Shown here: positions 1-11,286 of the stretch, in pieces
Numbering within the stretch: the first letter of the stretch is position 1
How the letters are laid out: each line of letters starts with the position of its first letter
Origin: an uncultured Verrucomicrobiales bacterium
GTDB taxonomy: Bacteria; Verrucomicrobiota; Verrucomicrobiia; Verrucomicrobiales; DEV007
Reading direction: 5' to 3'
Assembly: GCA_964351855.1 (NCBI GenBank)
Contig: CAYGQD010000008.1
Span: forward strand, 5,937-69,936
Length of the DNA: 64,000 nt
The notes under the pieces: model-generated
What the model was told of the DNA's origin: nothing
Databases searched by the model: none
Seen by the model: only the letters and a program-made list of their open reading frames with translations
Program-made: the position numbers and the translations under genes

Positions 1-1178
1 CGCTACTCGCCGGTTTTGGCGCGGCCCCGCCAGCTTTGGAGCAGAATGAAGCGCCGGAAGATGTCTACGTGTCCGCCACCGCTTCCTTTCCGCACGTGGA
101 TTTCGTCGCGGACCGTCATCAAACACAGATGCAGGAAATCGAGGCGCATCATCAGTGGGCCTTGATCGACGCCGAGCGGATTCGGGCGGAATCGATGACG
201 GGTTTAAATATGCAAAGCCTGGAAGCGTTTGAGCAGAGCACGGCTCCTCTACGCGAAACGTTCCGGCAGGACATCGTGGGAGCGTTTCCTGCATTGGAGC
301 AGCTTCCTCCGATGAATCCTCGCTCTCGCAAATTCCAGGTCGGCCCGAAAACGACGAGCTATGAAGTGGTGCTAGACGTGGGGCCTGAGATCTTCGCATA
401 CGGCATTCTCACGGTTCCCCATGACCTCGGCATCACGGGTGGTGAGAAGCGACCCGTGATCGTGTGTCAGCACGGCCTCGAAGGCCGCCCTCAAGACGTC
501 ATCGGAGAATCCAAACACCGGGCTTACCTGGCCTTTGCAACCCGCCTGGCCGAACAAGGCAATATCACCTTCGCCCCGCAGAACATCTATATTGGCCACG
601 ATCGCTTCCGGATGCTTCAGTTCAAGGCCAATGCCATTGGTGGAACCTTGTTTTCGGTGATGGTTCCCCAGCATCGGCAGATCACGGCTTGGCTGTCGGA
701 ACAGCCGTTCGTCGATGCGAAGAGAATAGCGTTCTACGGACTCAGCTACGGCGGCAAATCCGCGATGCGAATTCCTCCTCTCGTCGATCGCTATTGTCTC
801 TCGATCTGCTCGGGAGACTTCAACGATTGGATCTGGAAGAACGCGGCGACGGACAGGCGATCGCTGCGCTACAGCTATGCGAACAAGCGAGAATACGAAA
901 TGTTCGAGTTCAATCTGGGGAACACCTTCAATTATGCAGAGATGGCTGCTTTAATCTGCCCACGCCCGTTCATGGTCGAGCGTGGTCACTTTGACGGCGT
1001 TGCCCCGGACGAGCGGGTGGGATATGAGTTCGCCAAAGTCCGCCACCTCTACCAAGCAAAACTCGGAATTGGAGATCGCTGCGAAATCGAATGGTTTGTC
1101 GGCCCCCACGCGATTCATGGAACGAAGAGCTTTCAGTTCCTTGATCGGCACTTGCGCAATCCCGCCACGCAAAATTAA
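1..1178 (+). CDS. alpha/beta hydrolase (dienelactone hydrolase / S9-like esterase family), 5' partial
   Basis: The listed ORF 36..1178 starts at a TTG, but the same frame is open back to base 3 (..LLAGFGAAPPA.., like the tail of a signal peptide). The gene therefore probably starts upstream of the window. It has a GLSYGG nucleophile elbow (GxSxG) and a VCQHGLEGRP segment typical of this fold. Confidence 0.6.
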   Translation, partial: LLAGFGAAPPALEQNEAPEDVYVSATASFPHVDFVADRHQTQMQEIEAHHQWALIDAERIRAESMTGLNMQSLEAFEQSTAPLRETFRQDIVGAFPALEQLPPMNPRSRKFQVGPKTTSYEVVLDVGPEIFAYGILTVPHDLGITGGEKRPVIVCQHGLEGRPQDVIGESKHRAYLAFATRLAEQGNITFAPQNIYIGHDRFRMLQFKANAIGGTLFSVMVPQHRQITAWLSEQPFVDAKRIAFYGLSYGGKSAMRIPPLVDRYCLSICSGDFNDWIWKNAATDRRSLRYSYANKREYEMFEFNLGNTFNYAEMAALICPRPFMVERGHFDGVAPDERVGYEFAKVRHLYQAKLGIGDRCEIEWFVGPHAIHGTKSFQFLDRHLRNPATQN

Positions 1179-1267
1179 GACCCTGAGGCAAGGCTGAGAA
1201 AACCTCTCAACATCAACAGTAATTCTTGCCTTGTTGTTTATGGAAATTATAGTATCCGGCGTATCCC

Positions 1268-1588
1268 ATGACCGCGTCGCCTCCTCCTCCGCTTCAACTT
1301 TCTTGCAATGATTGCGCGGCGGAACTCTCGGTACCCACCTACACGCACGGAGATATTCTGGAAGGCCCGTGCCCCTTTTGCGCGGAGGAACAGAAGTTCG
1401 TGGTCCCTGGTTCGCCAAGCCTGAGCCTGGACTTCCACAGCTTTGATTCCGAATCAATTACCAAACCGGTCGATGAAGAAGCAGCTGCTGCGCCGAAGAA
1501 AAAGCACACCATTATCGACGTCGTCGCCCTGAGCACGATCCTCGGATTGCTCATCGCACTGGCCGGAACCGCTTGGACCAAGCTCTAA
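1268..1588 (+). CDS. small zinc-ribbon protein with C-terminal transmembrane anchor (hypothetical)
   Basis: CNDC ... CPFC pattern near the N-terminus, an acidic linker, and a single hydrophobic helix (VVALSTILGLLIALAGTAW) at the extreme C-terminus. Confidence 0.45.
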   Translation: MTASPPPPLQLSCNDCAAELSVPTYTHGDILEGPCPFCAEEQKFVVPGSPSLSLDFHSFDSESITKPVDEEAAAAPKKKHTIIDVVALSTILGLLIALAGTAWTKL

Positions 1589-2487
1589 TTCTTGAAAGGC
1601 AGAGGAGCGACCGGAGGATTCTGGAACAACACGCCAGTTGACTTCGTTTTCCGGCGAAAAATCTTATCGGCGGCGGCAACGTAGATATATTCCAAATTTG
1701 GGCCGGCGAATTCGATGCTATTAACGCGAGGTTGGGGATTCGCAATCACGCCTCCCAAACGGCCCGTCGGATCGAACATATGAATTCCGACTTCGGTAGT
1801 GACATAGTAGCGACCGTAGGCATCGGTCGTCGAACCGTCTCCCTTGCTGACGTCGGTTTCCGCATTCGGAGTCCTGACCGTCATATAAGGCTGGGGATGA
1901 GATAAACTGCCATCGTCTTCGATCCGAAACGCCCAGACGTTCTTTCCTCCGTGATCGGAAACAATGAGCGTGCCTTGATCCGGGGAAAGCGTAATTCCAT
2001 TGGGTCGGACAATATCACCTTCATGCACGGTCCGGTGTTTGCCATCCGACGAAATAGTTTCGATCCGTTGTGGCTTGGTGTGGGTAAAATAGACAGCGCC
2101 TTCGTGAGTTACTACTAAGTCGTTCGGACGCACACCTTCCAATAGAACTTCGATTTCGCCGTCGGCGGAAACCGCAATCACTCGCTCCAGCTTCCCCTGA
2201 CAGGCATAGAGCCGACCGTCCGGCCCGATCTGCATCCCACTGATGGCGGGAAGATCGTCGATCCAAACGGTGCGATTTCCCTCCGGGTCGATTCGATAAA
2301 TTCCGGTGCCGTTTTTCATATCACAATAGTAGAAGTTACCTTCTCCATCAGCAGCGCAGGCATCCGTGAATCCGTTGTCTCCACTGACCAGCTCCCAGTC
2401 TTCGCCTTCGATCAAGACCTGGCTAAGCGGCATATCTTGGCCAAAAGCAATTCCGACGGTTGCAAGGATACAAAATAGTGTTTTCAT
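1585..2487 (-). CDS. SMP-30/gluconolactonase/LRE family protein, secreted
   Basis: Signal peptide MKTLFCILATVGIAFG. Propeller-type repeats include RPNGITLSPDQGTLIVSD, characteristic of the SMP-30/gluconolactonase family. Confidence 0.7.
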   Translation of the reverse strand: MKTLFCILATVGIAFGQDMPLSQVLIEGEDWELVSGDNGFTDACAADGEGNFYYCDMKNGTGIYRIDPEGNRTVWIDDLPAISGMQIGPDGRLYACQGKLERVIAVSADGEIEVLLEGVRPNDLVVTHEGAVYFTHTKPQRIETISSDGKHRTVHEGDIVRPNGITLSPDQGTLIVSDHGGKNVWAFRIEDDGSLSHPQPYMTVRTPNAETDVSKGDGSTTDAYGRYYVTTEVGIHMFDPTGRLGGVIANPQPRVNSIEFAGPNLEYIYVAAADKIFRRKTKSTGVLFQNPPVAPLPFKN

Positions 2488-2514
2488 GGGTTGGTTAGTT
2501 GAGGGGTTGAGCAG

Positions 2515-3390
2515 TTAGGGTTGGTTGTTCCAATCGCGCCAAATCCAACGCAGCGTTTCCGGAAAAATGGCACCACCATGCCGCCCACTGTGTTTTCCAG
2601 TCCCCATGACCAATTGATAGTCATACCCGGCAAACTGGAGAGCCGCCCCCATTTGTTGATTCGCCAACGGCCAGTTCCCGTGGAGATTATCGAGATCGTT
2701 TTCGCCATCTTGAAGAAAGACCCGAATGGGTTTGGGGTCCGTTTTGCGAATCAGCGCCGGATAGACATGACCTCCGCGAATATTGGTGAAGCTGCCGATG
2801 TGGCTGATGACTTTCCCGAACACATCCGGTCGCTCCCAAGCGGCGGTAAACGCGCAAATACCACCCGAGCTATTCCCACAAATAACTCGCATCGCGGGAT
2901 CATCACTCAGGGCGTAGGTTTTGCTGACCTCCGGCAAGATCTCTTCCGTCAAAAACCGGACATACTGATCACCGAGCGAGTCATACTCGAAGCTCCGGTT
3001 TTTGCGCCCCTGCTGCCCTTCCTTCGCAGGCGGCACCACCCCGGGATTGATGAAAACTCCGATCATGACCGGCATCGCGCCCTCATGAATCAGATTATCG
3101 AAGACCACCGGAGCGTTGAAAGCTCCGTTTTCCCGGACAAATCCCCCACCATCCTGGGCCACGAACACGGCGGCTGGGCTCGCGCTGTCATATTGCACGG
3201 GAACGTAGATCCAGTAGTCGCGAACGGTTCCGGGGAAAATTTTGCTGGTCCACTGATGTTGGGTCACGACACCCTTCGGCACGCCGTCTTTCGGCAAAGA
3301 ATCAGGGACTTTTTGATAATCAGCGTCATCGGCGGAGCACCATCCTGCCAGCAACAAAGTGCCGAAGAAGGCAAACAAAGGGGTTTTCAT
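2515..3390 (-). CDS. secreted esterase (putative esterase / enterochelin-esterase-like alpha/beta hydrolase)
   Basis: ORF 2515..3531 trimmed to the internal ATG at 3390, where a signal peptide begins (MKTPLFAFFGTLLLAGWCSA). GNSSGG serine-nucleophile motif. Confidence 0.6.
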   Translation of the reverse strand: MKTPLFAFFGTLLLAGWCSADDADYQKVPDSLPKDGVPKGVVTQHQWTSKIFPGTVRDYWIYVPVQYDSASPAAVFVAQDGGGFVRENGAFNAPVVFDNLIHEGAMPVMIGVFINPGVVPPAKEGQQGRKNRSFEYDSLGDQYVRFLTEEILPEVSKTYALSDDPAMRVICGNSSGGICAFTAAWERPDVFGKVISHIGSFTNIRGGHVYPALIRKTDPKPIRVFLQDGENDLDNLHGNWPLANQQMGAALQFAGYDYQLVMGTGKHSGRHGGAIFPETLRWIWRDWNNQP

Positions 3391-3505
3391 CCTGACAGTA
3401 TCGAAAGCCGCGCCCCCTGCGCAAACGAGAAAAATAGGAGTCTCAAGCCAGGTTTTTGGCGGCGGAGGCGAATTTCCTACCACAGCAACCAGTCCTAAAC
3501 CCGGG

Positions 3506-3593
3506 GTGTCGCCAAATTTCCAATTCGCCACGTTGACACAGGCTACGCACGATTTTCAGCGGCGTGGTCGGCGAATTGGAAATTTGGCGACAC
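3506..3593. repeat. perfect 24-bp inverted repeat (arms 3506..3529 and 3570..3593, 40-nt spacer)
   Basis: Arm 1 is gtgtcgccaaatttccaattcgcc. Arm 2 is ggcgaattggaaatttggcgacac, its exact reverse complement. It lies in the 222-bp divergent intergenic region between the esterase (start 3390, minus) and the ORF starting at 3613 (plus). Confidence 0.9.
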
Positions 3594-3612
3594 ATCTGTT
3601 AGACTCCACGGA

Positions 3613-5040
3613 ATGGCGAACTTGAGACGAAGCTCGATTTTCGGCCTGATCGCGCTTTTGGCGATGATTGGAGTCGGGGTGATGATTGGGCTGACCCGAC
3701 CGCCCTACTACGTTTCGCCAACCACGGTTAGAGTTCCCGGAACGCCTTGGCACAAGGGGCCGGAATTCCTCGGATTTCCCGTCGATGAATTGCCCGCTCT
3801 GAACCTTGCGGAGCCGACGGTGGAAATCTCAACCCGAAAGATCCGGATTGCAATCCAAGCGGTCGGGACCGGGCCAGCTCAGATTCCGACGGAAACGGTT
3901 TACGTGGGCCCGGGAGAAACGGCGGTCTTCGCCGACGGCTCGTCGATTCGCCCCATTGCCGGTTCGCTGGGTTACGCCATCGGGGGAGACCAACAGCGCT
4001 ATTTACTGGAAACCACCGAATTCGACCCCGCAACCGGCCAAGTCACCGAAGGGCTGCGCCAAACGCGCCCTGATCTGGCGAAGCTGATGCCGTTTTGGCC
4101 AACGCGCGAAATTCACTTTGGGACGGGCGCGCTGACCAACATTGGCCTGGCTTACGAGCTGGAGGGTTTGCCGAACGCCAAGCCAATGGAGAATCAACTT
4201 TGGGACGGCAAAACTGGTTTTTTTTGCGACAGCAACCAAAGCGGATTCGCGATTCGGGATCGCATTCTCTACGATTCCTTTTATCTGCGCCTGCTTCATC
4301 CGTTTGAAGCCGTTGCGACGGTGAATCTGTGGTGCGGCCCTTTCGCCGAGTTCCTGATGGAGCCAACAGCGGGAGAAGTTGCCGACACCGAGCACTTTCG
4401 CCTGGCGATCGTCGATGTCTTCAGCGGACAAGCAACCTATGCTGGACCGGATGAAAATCGGGAGGTCCAAATTCTGGGGAAAAATTTCCAGAGAGACTCT
4501 GCCCAGACGGTTCTCATCGCTTCTCTGACCACCGTTTCCCTCCTGCAAATGGCGGAATTCGATGTTCTCACGACTGAAGAAGTGACCCATCCGGCCAAAC
4601 TTCTTCACACGGATGAATTCAGCGGCCTCGCGATTTTCACGATCCATCACCCCATAGACTCCATCGCCAAGTTCCGCATCCGGTATCGCCCCCATGCGAA
4701 AAAAGCGGTCTTCGCGTTGGGAGAATTACCGGGGATGCCAGCCGTCAATCACGACCTCGACAATCTTTTCGAGGTGACGGTTCCCTGGGTGGCGGCAAAT
4801 TCGCTGGGAAGGTGGGCCGACCTTGCCCAGGTGAGCTTTCGAGATCCCTTCGCCACGTTAGGCGGCCCTAGGAAAAGCTACCGGGACACTACCATTACCC
4901 AAATTTTGCAGGATTTCGCCCGGGACAATCCAGGGGCGCGCTACGTGGTCGATCCCCATTCGTGCCGAATTGAAAGCCTTCCCCCCCGCTGGCAATGGCT
5001 TCGCGATCGCACCCCCGATTGGCTTCCCGTGTTTCGCTAA
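3613..5040 (+). CDS. hypothetical membrane-anchored protein
   Basis: 475-aa ORF with an N-terminal TM/signal anchor (SIFGLIALLAMIGVGVMIGL). No motif I recognise. The opposite-strand ORFs here are Arg/Gly-rich shadows. Confidence 0.5.
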   Translation: MANLRRSSIFGLIALLAMIGVGVMIGLTRPPYYVSPTTVRVPGTPWHKGPEFLGFPVDELPALNLAEPTVEISTRKIRIAIQAVGTGPAQIPTETVYVGPGETAVFADGSSIRPIAGSLGYAIGGDQQRYLLETTEFDPATGQVTEGLRQTRPDLAKLMPFWPTREIHFGTGALTNIGLAYELEGLPNAKPMENQLWDGKTGFFCDSNQSGFAIRDRILYDSFYLRLLHPFEAVATVNLWCGPFAEFLMEPTAGEVADTEHFRLAIVDVFSGQATYAGPDENREVQILGKNFQRDSAQTVLIASLTTVSLLQMAEFDVLTTEEVTHPAKLLHTDEFSGLAIFTIHHPIDSIAKFRIRYRPHAKKAVFALGELPGMPAVNHDLDNLFEVTVPWVAANSLGRWADLAQVSFRDPFATLGGPRKSYRDTTITQILQDFARDNPGARYVVDPHSCRIESLPPRWQWLRDRTPDWLPVFR

Positions 5041-5169
5041 CCAACGCAGAAAAGCCGGGATTGACCGGATCGATAGGAACCGAAGTCCGATTTCTGGAAT
5101 CCTGAAAAAGTCGCTACTTCTTCGATCCCCTTGCATTTCACGAGCGTAATGCTTTAGGACTCCCCGCCT

Positions 5170-5883
5170 ATGAATTTTTTTCGAGCCATCTCCGCGTTCT
5201 GTGGATCATCCATCGGTAGAAAATTCCTGGTCGCGATTACCGGCCTGGGATTGCTGCTGTTTCTCGCCGGTCACCTGGCAGGGAATTTGCTGATCTACGT
5301 GGGACCTGAAGCGATCAATACCTACGCTTACCAACTCAAGCATGCTCTGCATGGTGGGCTGCTTTGGGGAGCCAGAATCGGCCTGATCGTCTTTTTTGTC
5401 GTCCACATCGTGTTCACAATCAAGCTGACCCAGGAAAACCGAGCGGCCAGAGGCGAGCGATACGAGCATCCTAAAACGGTTCAAGCCTCCAAAGCTTCCA
5501 CCACGATGATTCTATCGGGTCTGGTGGTGCTTTCCTTCGTCATCTATCACCTGCTTCACTTCACCGTCCAAGTGACCGGAGTTGAAGCGAAGCTACTCCC
5601 GGATGGCCAACACGACGTTTATTCGATGGTCGTCGCGGGATTCAGTAATCCGTTGGTTAGTGGATTCTACATTTTGTCGATGGCGCTTCTCTGCGCCCAC
5701 CTTACTCACGGATTTTCCAGCGTCTTTCAGACGTTAGGAGTGAGGACCGAGAAAACCAAAAAACTGCTGAAGACCGTGGGAACCGCCTACGCCTTGGTCA
5801 TTTTCTTCGGGAACATTTCCATTCCAATCAGCGTCCTTACCAACATTGTGAAGCCGATTGAGGCAGCCACTGCCAATCTCTAA
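5170..5883 (+). CDS. sdhC: succinate dehydrogenase/fumarate reductase cytochrome b subunit (b558-type, 5 TM)
   Basis: 237-aa polytopic membrane protein with conserved His in TM helices. It sits immediately upstream of sdhA/sdhB. Confidence 0.75.
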   Translation: MNFFRAISAFCGSSIGRKFLVAITGLGLLLFLAGHLAGNLLIYVGPEAINTYAYQLKHALHGGLLWGARIGLIVFFVVHIVFTIKLTQENRAARGERYEHPKTVQASKASTTMILSGLVVLSFVIYHLLHFTVQVTGVEAKLLPDGQHDVYSMVVAGFSNPLVSGFYILSMALLCAHLTHGFSSVFQTLGVRTEKTKKLLKTVGTAYALVIFFGNISIPISVLTNIVKPIEAATANL

Positions 5884-5895
5884 CTTTTTCTGAAC

Positions 5896-7830
<1,935 letters not shown>

Positions 7831-7851
7831 GTCTCAATCATTTCTGAAGCG

Positions 7852-8604
7852 ATGAACCTTACCCTCAAAGTATGGCGCCAGAATGGCCCTCAATCCAAAG
7901 GCCACCTGGAAACCTACGATGCCCCTCAGATTCCCGAAACCGCATCTTTTCTGGAGATGCTGGATATTGTGAACGAACGGATCATCGTGAAAGGCGGAGA
8001 ACCAATCGCCTTTGATCACGACTGCCGCGAAGGAATCTGCGGAATGTGTTCCTTGGTGATCAACGGAGTTCCTCACGGACCAGAGCGAGCCACCACGACT
8101 TGCCAACTCCACATGCGAAGCTTTTCAGATGGCGACACCATCTTTGTGGAGCCGTTCCGCGCCAGAGCCTTTCCGGTGATCAAAGATCTGGTCGTCGATC
8201 GCGAGGCCTTTGATCGAATCCAGCAACGTGGAGGCTATGTATCCGTCCGGACCGGTGCGGCCCCTGACGCGAACGCGATCCCAATTCCCAAAGACGATGC
8301 TGATGACGCATTTTCCGCCGCTACGTGCATCGGCTGTGGTGCGTGCGTTGCCGCCTGCAAAAACGCCTCAGCGATGTTGTTTGTCGGTGCCAAGGTATCC
8401 CATCTGAACACCTTACCCCAAGGTGAACCTGAAAAGGACATGCGCACGATTGCGATGGTCAATCAAATGGATGAAGAGGGCTTCGGCAACTGCACGAATC
8501 AATACGAGTGCGAAGCGGTCTGCCCGAAAGAGATCGGTGTGGATGTCATCGCCAAGATGAATCGGGACTACGCTGCGGCGGTTGCTCGCGAGTCGGTAAC
8601 CTAG
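7852..8604 (+). CDS. sdhB: succinate dehydrogenase/fumarate reductase iron-sulfur subunit
   Basis: Cys clusters [20 protein letters not shown] and CEAVCPK for the 2Fe-2S, 4Fe-4S and 3Fe-4S centres. Follows sdhA. Confidence 0.9.
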   Translation: MNLTLKVWRQNGPQSKGHLETYDAPQIPETASFLEMLDIVNERIIVKGGEPIAFDHDCREGICGMCSLVINGVPHGPERATTTCQLHMRSFSDGDTIFVEPFRARAFPVIKDLVVDREAFDRIQQRGGYVSVRTGAAPDANAIPIPKDDADDAFSAATCIGCGACVAACKNASAMLFVGAKVSHLNTLPQGEPEKDMRTIAMVNQMDEEGFGNCTNQYECEAVCPKEIGVDVIAKMNRDYAAAVARESVT

Positions 8605-8635
8605 CGGATTGTTCCGGTCGAATTCCGGGCCCCCG

Positions 8636-9073
8636 TCAAGCTGCGGCAGGTCTTCCAACCCCCCACTGCACGAGCTTCATCAGTCTCTCAGTGGTGTAGG
8701 GCTTAGGAAGGATCCCCACAAATCCGCGCTTCTTCGCACCTTGAGCGACCTCATTGGTGTCCTCAAAATACCCACTCGTCGCGATCACGCGCACACCTTC
8801 ATCGTAGGCTCGAAGTGCATCCAGCGTTTCCAGGCCACTGATCCCCCCGGGAAGAGTCATATCCAGGAGCACGAGTCCTACTGGCGAACCACTTTCGACG
8901 GCCTCGCGATACAGACTCAGCGCCTCTTCGCCACTCCCGGCGCATAACGACGTATACCCATAAGCATCAAGAATTGCCTTCGCCATCGTAAGCACAGCAT
9001 GATCATCATCGACTACCATGATGTAGGTGTTGGTCGGCGCGTGCGCCAGAATTTCCTTCGAGTCTAAGCTCAT
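8636..9073 (-). CDS. single-domain response regulator (CheY-like receiver)
   Basis: VVDDD acidic pocket, phospho-acceptor in LLDMTLPG, ATSGY and LPKPY signature positions. No output domain. It is the last gene of the pilus string. Confidence 0.85.
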   Translation of the reverse strand: MSLDSKEILAHAPTNTYIMVVDDDHAVLTMAKAILDAYGYTSLCAGSGEEALSLYREAVESGSPVGLVLLDMTLPGGISGLETLDALRAYDEGVRVIATSGYFEDTNEVAQGAKKRGFVGILPKPYTTERLMKLVQWGVGRPAAA

Positions 9074-9109
9074 AGTATTGTAGATTGAGAATGAAAGTGA
9101 AACATCTGA

Positions 9110-11275
9110 CTAAGCAGCCCCATAGGCGAGACCTTTGATCTCATCCATGGTTGTGGTACCCTGAAGCACCTGGATTAATCCCTCGTGATAAAGACTGAGC
9201 AGACCATTTTGACGCGCGTTTTTCCGAATCTCACGCATCGGCGCGTCTTCAGAAATCATATCCTTAATCTCAGCATTCACTTCTGCGATCTCCATAAGAG
9301 CAACGCGTCCTTTGTAACCGGTATGGTGACACTCATCGCAGCCGACCTTGCTGTAAATCGGGGTTGAAACCGGACCTTCCGCAATACCGTATCTTCCCAT
9401 CACATCCAGAATCTCGCTACTGGCAGCGACTGGACGTTTGCAGTAGTTACAGAGGCGACGCACCAGGCGTTGAGCTTGAGACAGAACCAAGGAATCAGAC
9501 AGGAGGTAGTTCGGAACCCCCATGGACAGGAACCGCGAAATTGCTCTCAGCGAGTCATTTGCGTGCAATGTCGTCAACACCAAGTGTCCGGTCAATGCTG
9601 ACGTGACGGCAGCCGTCGCCGTCTCTTCATCACGACACTCACCAATCAAGATCACATCAGGGTCAGAACGAAGGAGAGCACGGAGACCGGACAAGAATGA
9701 AATATGGTTAACCGGATCGATCTGCGTCTGATTCAATCCTTCGATCCGGTACTCAATAGGATCCTCAATTGTGTGGATGTTGATATGATCCTCATTGATA
9801 CTATTGAGAAGTGCATACAGCGTAGTCGTCTTACCACTGCCCGTAGGTCCCGTAATCAGAACCAATCCCTGATCGCGAGTCATCGCTCCATCGAAAAGGG
9901 TCGCTTGACGCTGGGACAAATTCAGATCTCCGAGCGCAATCATTCCACCGTCCTTATCCAAAAAGCGCATAATCACTTTCTGAAATTCTCCTCGGCATGG
10001 AACTGCCGCTACACGAACATCAATGCGGCGCTTTCCAATCGACATACCAAATCGCCCATCTTGAGTTTCCTGGCGACTCTGCCCAAGATTGGCGTAGTTT
10101 TTAACCATCGCGACGAATCGCGGAAGCAGCTCTTCCGACGCCGCAAAAATCACTTTCAGCTGACCATCAATCCGCGCCCGAAACCGAACGGTATTATAGT
10201 ATTTCTCCAGATGCAGGTCACTAGCCCGAAGATTGATCGCCTGGTACAGCACCCACTTCACAATCTCATCCGGAGTGTGGTTGACATTGTTAGGATTGAT
10301 CGTCAGAACATCTTCAGGAATGATCTCAACGAGGTTGGCATCGTCAGAAACCTCATACGCTGATTGATTGATCTCAATCTCAAAATCATCCCCGTTTCCA
10401 CTATATTTCGCAATCGCGCTCCGGATCGCCTTCTCATCCGCCAACACCGGAACCATCTCGATGGGATCGCTCCCGGAAGATAACCATTCGTCCTCGAACG
10501 GATAGATATCAGGATCGGCAGTCAGGAGATAAACGCACTGCTGTCCGCAGTAGAGAGGATAAACTGCATGTTTATCCAATAGCGCCATTGGGAAAAGGCT
10601 CTGACGGCCCGCTTCCTCAGGGTTGAAGATCAACCGTGGTTTCGTCTGAGAGATAGAAACCAAAGCAATCCCCAAGTGCTTTTGAAGTCCATTAAAGTCA
10701 GAAATTTCGGGATTGGGATTTCGCTCGAGTAAATCCTTGTAAGCCGTACGCAGTTGTTCTGCTTGCTGCTCTTCCAATGGATAGTTCGCCACAAACCATT
10801 GGAAAGCCCCTTTGTGATCGTCTGGCTCGATATTCGGTCGCGTGACATTTTCGAACTCATTGGCGTCACTGATAGGCATTGCGGTAATCCGCATCACCAT
10901 GTCTTTGCGAAGACGCTCATACTGTTGATGAGAAACAACAACCTTGACGCAAAGAAAATCTGGCAACCCCCACGTATCCTCACTTTTTGGGTTATGGTGC
11001 ACCATAATCACCAACGGTCCTAACGTCGCCACAGGAAGCCAAGGAGCAGCAGTTCGAGGCGACCGCCCTAGTAATCTCACCAGACGTTCCGCGTCAGCCG
11101 TACAAGCCTCTCGGGGAAGCTCAACCGGCAACATCCCAAATTGCACCGCAATCCCCTCAATCGAAACCAAGGACTTCTCGAAGATATCTTCCGCAGCCAG
11201 GTAAACTTGGGTTTGATCCTCTGAACTTTCAACATTTCGTCCCTTGGGCAAAACCACTTGATCAGCTATCTCCAT
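9110..11275 (-). CDS. type IV pilus / T2SS assembly ATPase (PilB/GspE family) with long N-terminal extension
   Basis: Walker A GPTGSGKTT, Asp box, Walker B/His box, tetracysteine CNYC...CDEC. About 330 aa lie N-terminal of the ATPase core and contain GSPII_E_N-like segments. Confidence 0.9.
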   Translation of the reverse strand: MEIADQVVLPKGRNVESSEDQTQVYLAAEDIFEKSLVSIEGIAVQFGMLPVELPREACTADAERLVRLLGRSPRTAAPWLPVATLGPLVIMVHHNPKSEDTWGLPDFLCVKVVVSHQQYERLRKDMVMRITAMPISDANEFENVTRPNIEPDDHKGAFQWFVANYPLEEQQAEQLRTAYKDLLERNPNPEISDFNGLQKHLGIALVSISQTKPRLIFNPEEAGRQSLFPMALLDKHAVYPLYCGQQCVYLLTADPDIYPFEDEWLSSGSDPIEMVPVLADEKAIRSAIAKYSGNGDDFEIEINQSAYEVSDDANLVEIIPEDVLTINPNNVNHTPDEIVKWVLYQAINLRASDLHLEKYYNTVRFRARIDGQLKVIFAASEELLPRFVAMVKNYANLGQSRQETQDGRFGMSIGKRRIDVRVAAVPCRGEFQKVIMRFLDKDGGMIALGDLNLSQRQATLFDGAMTRDQGLVLITGPTGSGKTTTLYALLNSINEDHINIHTIEDPIEYRIEGLNQTQIDPVNHISFLSGLRALLRSDPDVILIGECRDEETATAAVTSALTGHLVLTTLHANDSLRAISRFLSMGVPNYLLSDSLVLSQAQRLVRRLCNYCKRPVAASSEILDVMGRYGIAEGPVSTPIYSKVGCDECHHTGYKGRVALMEIAEVNAEIKDMISEDAPMREIRKNARQNGLLSLYHEGLIQVLQGTTTMDEIKGLAYGAA

Positions 11276-11286
11276 TTCGTTTGGAT

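Noticed and set aside
2521-3498. 325-aa plus-strand ORF opposite the esterase gene
   Set aside because: It is a shadow ORF. The minus strand has a signal peptide and a GNSSGG nucleophile motif.
8605-8635. Possible bidirectional terminator between sdhB and the receiver gene
   Set aside because: Only 4-bp ccgg stems are present and there is no T-run, so there is not enough structure to call it.
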